This document shows, piece by piece, positions 62,525-64,000 of a stretch of 64,000 bases of DNA. Source of the DNA: Eledone cirrhosa (lineage: Eukaryota); NCBI GenBank assembly GCA_964016885.1, contig OZ024757.1:27528001-27592000 (forward strand), read 5' to 3'. The notes beneath the pieces are model-generated. The model ran no database searches, had not been told where the DNA came from, and saw only the letters and a program-made list of their open reading frames with translations. Position 1 is the first letter of the stretch. Every line of letters begins with the position of its first letter. The position numbers were made by a program, and so were the translations under genes.

Positions 62525-63505
62525 ATGTTGATGAGGATGATGATGGTGGTGGTGATAGTAACGGTGATAATGATGGTGGTGGTGATGATGATAATGGTGG
62601 TGGTGGTGGTGAGGTGGTGGTGATAGTAATGGTGATGATAATGATGATGGTGGTGGTGGTGAGGTGGTGGTGATGGTGATGGTAGTAGTAGTGATAGTAA
62701 CGGTGATAATGATGGTGGTGGTGGTGGTGATGATAATGGTGGTGGTGATAGTAATGGTGATGATGATGGTGATGGTGGTGATAGTGATGATGGTGATGGT
62801 AGTAGTAGTGATAGTAACGGTGATAATGATGGTGGTGGTGGTGGTGATGATAATGGTGGTGGTGATAGTAATGGTGATGATGATGGTGGTGATAGTGATG
62901 ATGGTGATGGTGGTAGTAGTGATAGTAATGGTGATAATGATGGTGGTGGGGGTGGTGATGATAATGATGGTGGCGGTGGTGGTGGTGGTGGTGATAGTAA
63001 TGGTGATGATGATGGTGATGGTGGTAGTAGTGATAGTAATGGTGACAATGATGGTGGTGGAGGTGGTGATGATAATGATGGTGGTGGTGGTGGTGGTGAT
63101 AGTAATGGTGATGATGATGGTGATGGTGGTAGTAGTGATAGTAATGGTGATAATGATGGTGGTGGGGGTGGTGATGATAATGATGGTGGTGGTGGTGGTG
63201 GTGGTGATAGTAATGGTGATGATAATGGTGATTGTGGTAGTGGTAGTAGTGATAGTAACGGTGATAATGATGATGATGATGGTGGTGGTGGCGATCATAA
63301 TGATGAAGGTGGTGATAGTAATGGTGATGATGATGATGATGATGGTAGTGATGATGATGGTGGTAGTAATGCTGATGATGATAATGATGATAGTAATGGT
63401 GGTAATGATAATACTAATGGTGGTAATAATAATGATGATGATGATAGTCGTGATGATGATGATAGTGATAGTAAATAATAATGATGATGGTGATGATGTT
63501 ATTAA
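62525..63505. repeat. GGT/GAT compound repeat with higher-order units
   Basis: Repeated GTGATAGTAATGGTGATGATGATG blocks. Confidence 0.92.
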
Positions 63506-63696
63506 TAATAAAAATGATAAATGACAGCATCTCCCCACCACCTCTGCCCTCACCAGCCATCAGTCAGAAATGTTATCGTTACTTTACTTAAATTACAAGT
63601 TAATTACAAAAAATAATCCCTTCATTCACCCCCACTCCTTTCTTCCCACTAAATTTGTGTACACACACACACATACATATGTATGTATGTATATAT

Positions 63697-63747
<51 letters not shown>

Positions 63748-64000
63748 CATATATATATATATATATATAATGTAAAAGGTAAACAGAAATAACAACACAA
63801 ACGGTACATATATATACATCCACACATGTGTATATATATATATGGTGGATGAAATGTGTATATGTGTTTGTATATGTATGTGTACATATATATAATATGT
63901 GTATGTATGCTTGTGTGTGTGTGTACGTGTGAACTGGGGTGTTGGAGATGGACAAACACTTGGCAGGAAATTAAATTTTCCAAGGGAACGGAAATTCTTT

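Noticed and set aside
60031-62673. 880-aa mucin-like gene (and 868-aa Gly/Val ORF on the other strand)
   Set aside because: No ATG start or signal peptide on +, no non-repetitive domain, and it is open on both strands as expected for ACC/AAC repeats.

Overview
AT-rich, repeat-dense animal genomic DNA. The SINE/RTE repertoire and the microsatellite load suggest an octopus (inferred, not verified). Three protein-coding loci are supported: (1) a single-coding-exon class A GPCR resembling the SREB family (GPR85/27/173) but lacking canonical DRY and NPxxY motifs (723-1982, +); (2) an intronless NSE4/EID3-family SMC5/6 kleisin (10521-9508, -) with an E2F/CHR-type promoter; (3) the first eight coding exons of a CNK/CNKSR scaffold gene (SAM-CRIC-PDZ; 17572-51972, +), assembled by hand with consistent GT-AG phases and continuing beyond the last exon I could find. 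The rest is decayed RTE, CR1/L2-like and CRE-like LINEs, two tRNA-derived SINE families, piggyBac, hAT and Tc1/mariner MITEs, and minisatellites. The most unusual signal is a set of palindromic (fold-back) elements sitting in (TA)n tracts that carry minimal type I hammerhead ribozyme motifs, resembling Penelope pLTRs or retrozymes. One hammerhead looks intact (55653-55695, - strand), while every copy I found on the CNK sense strand has a damaged catalytic core.
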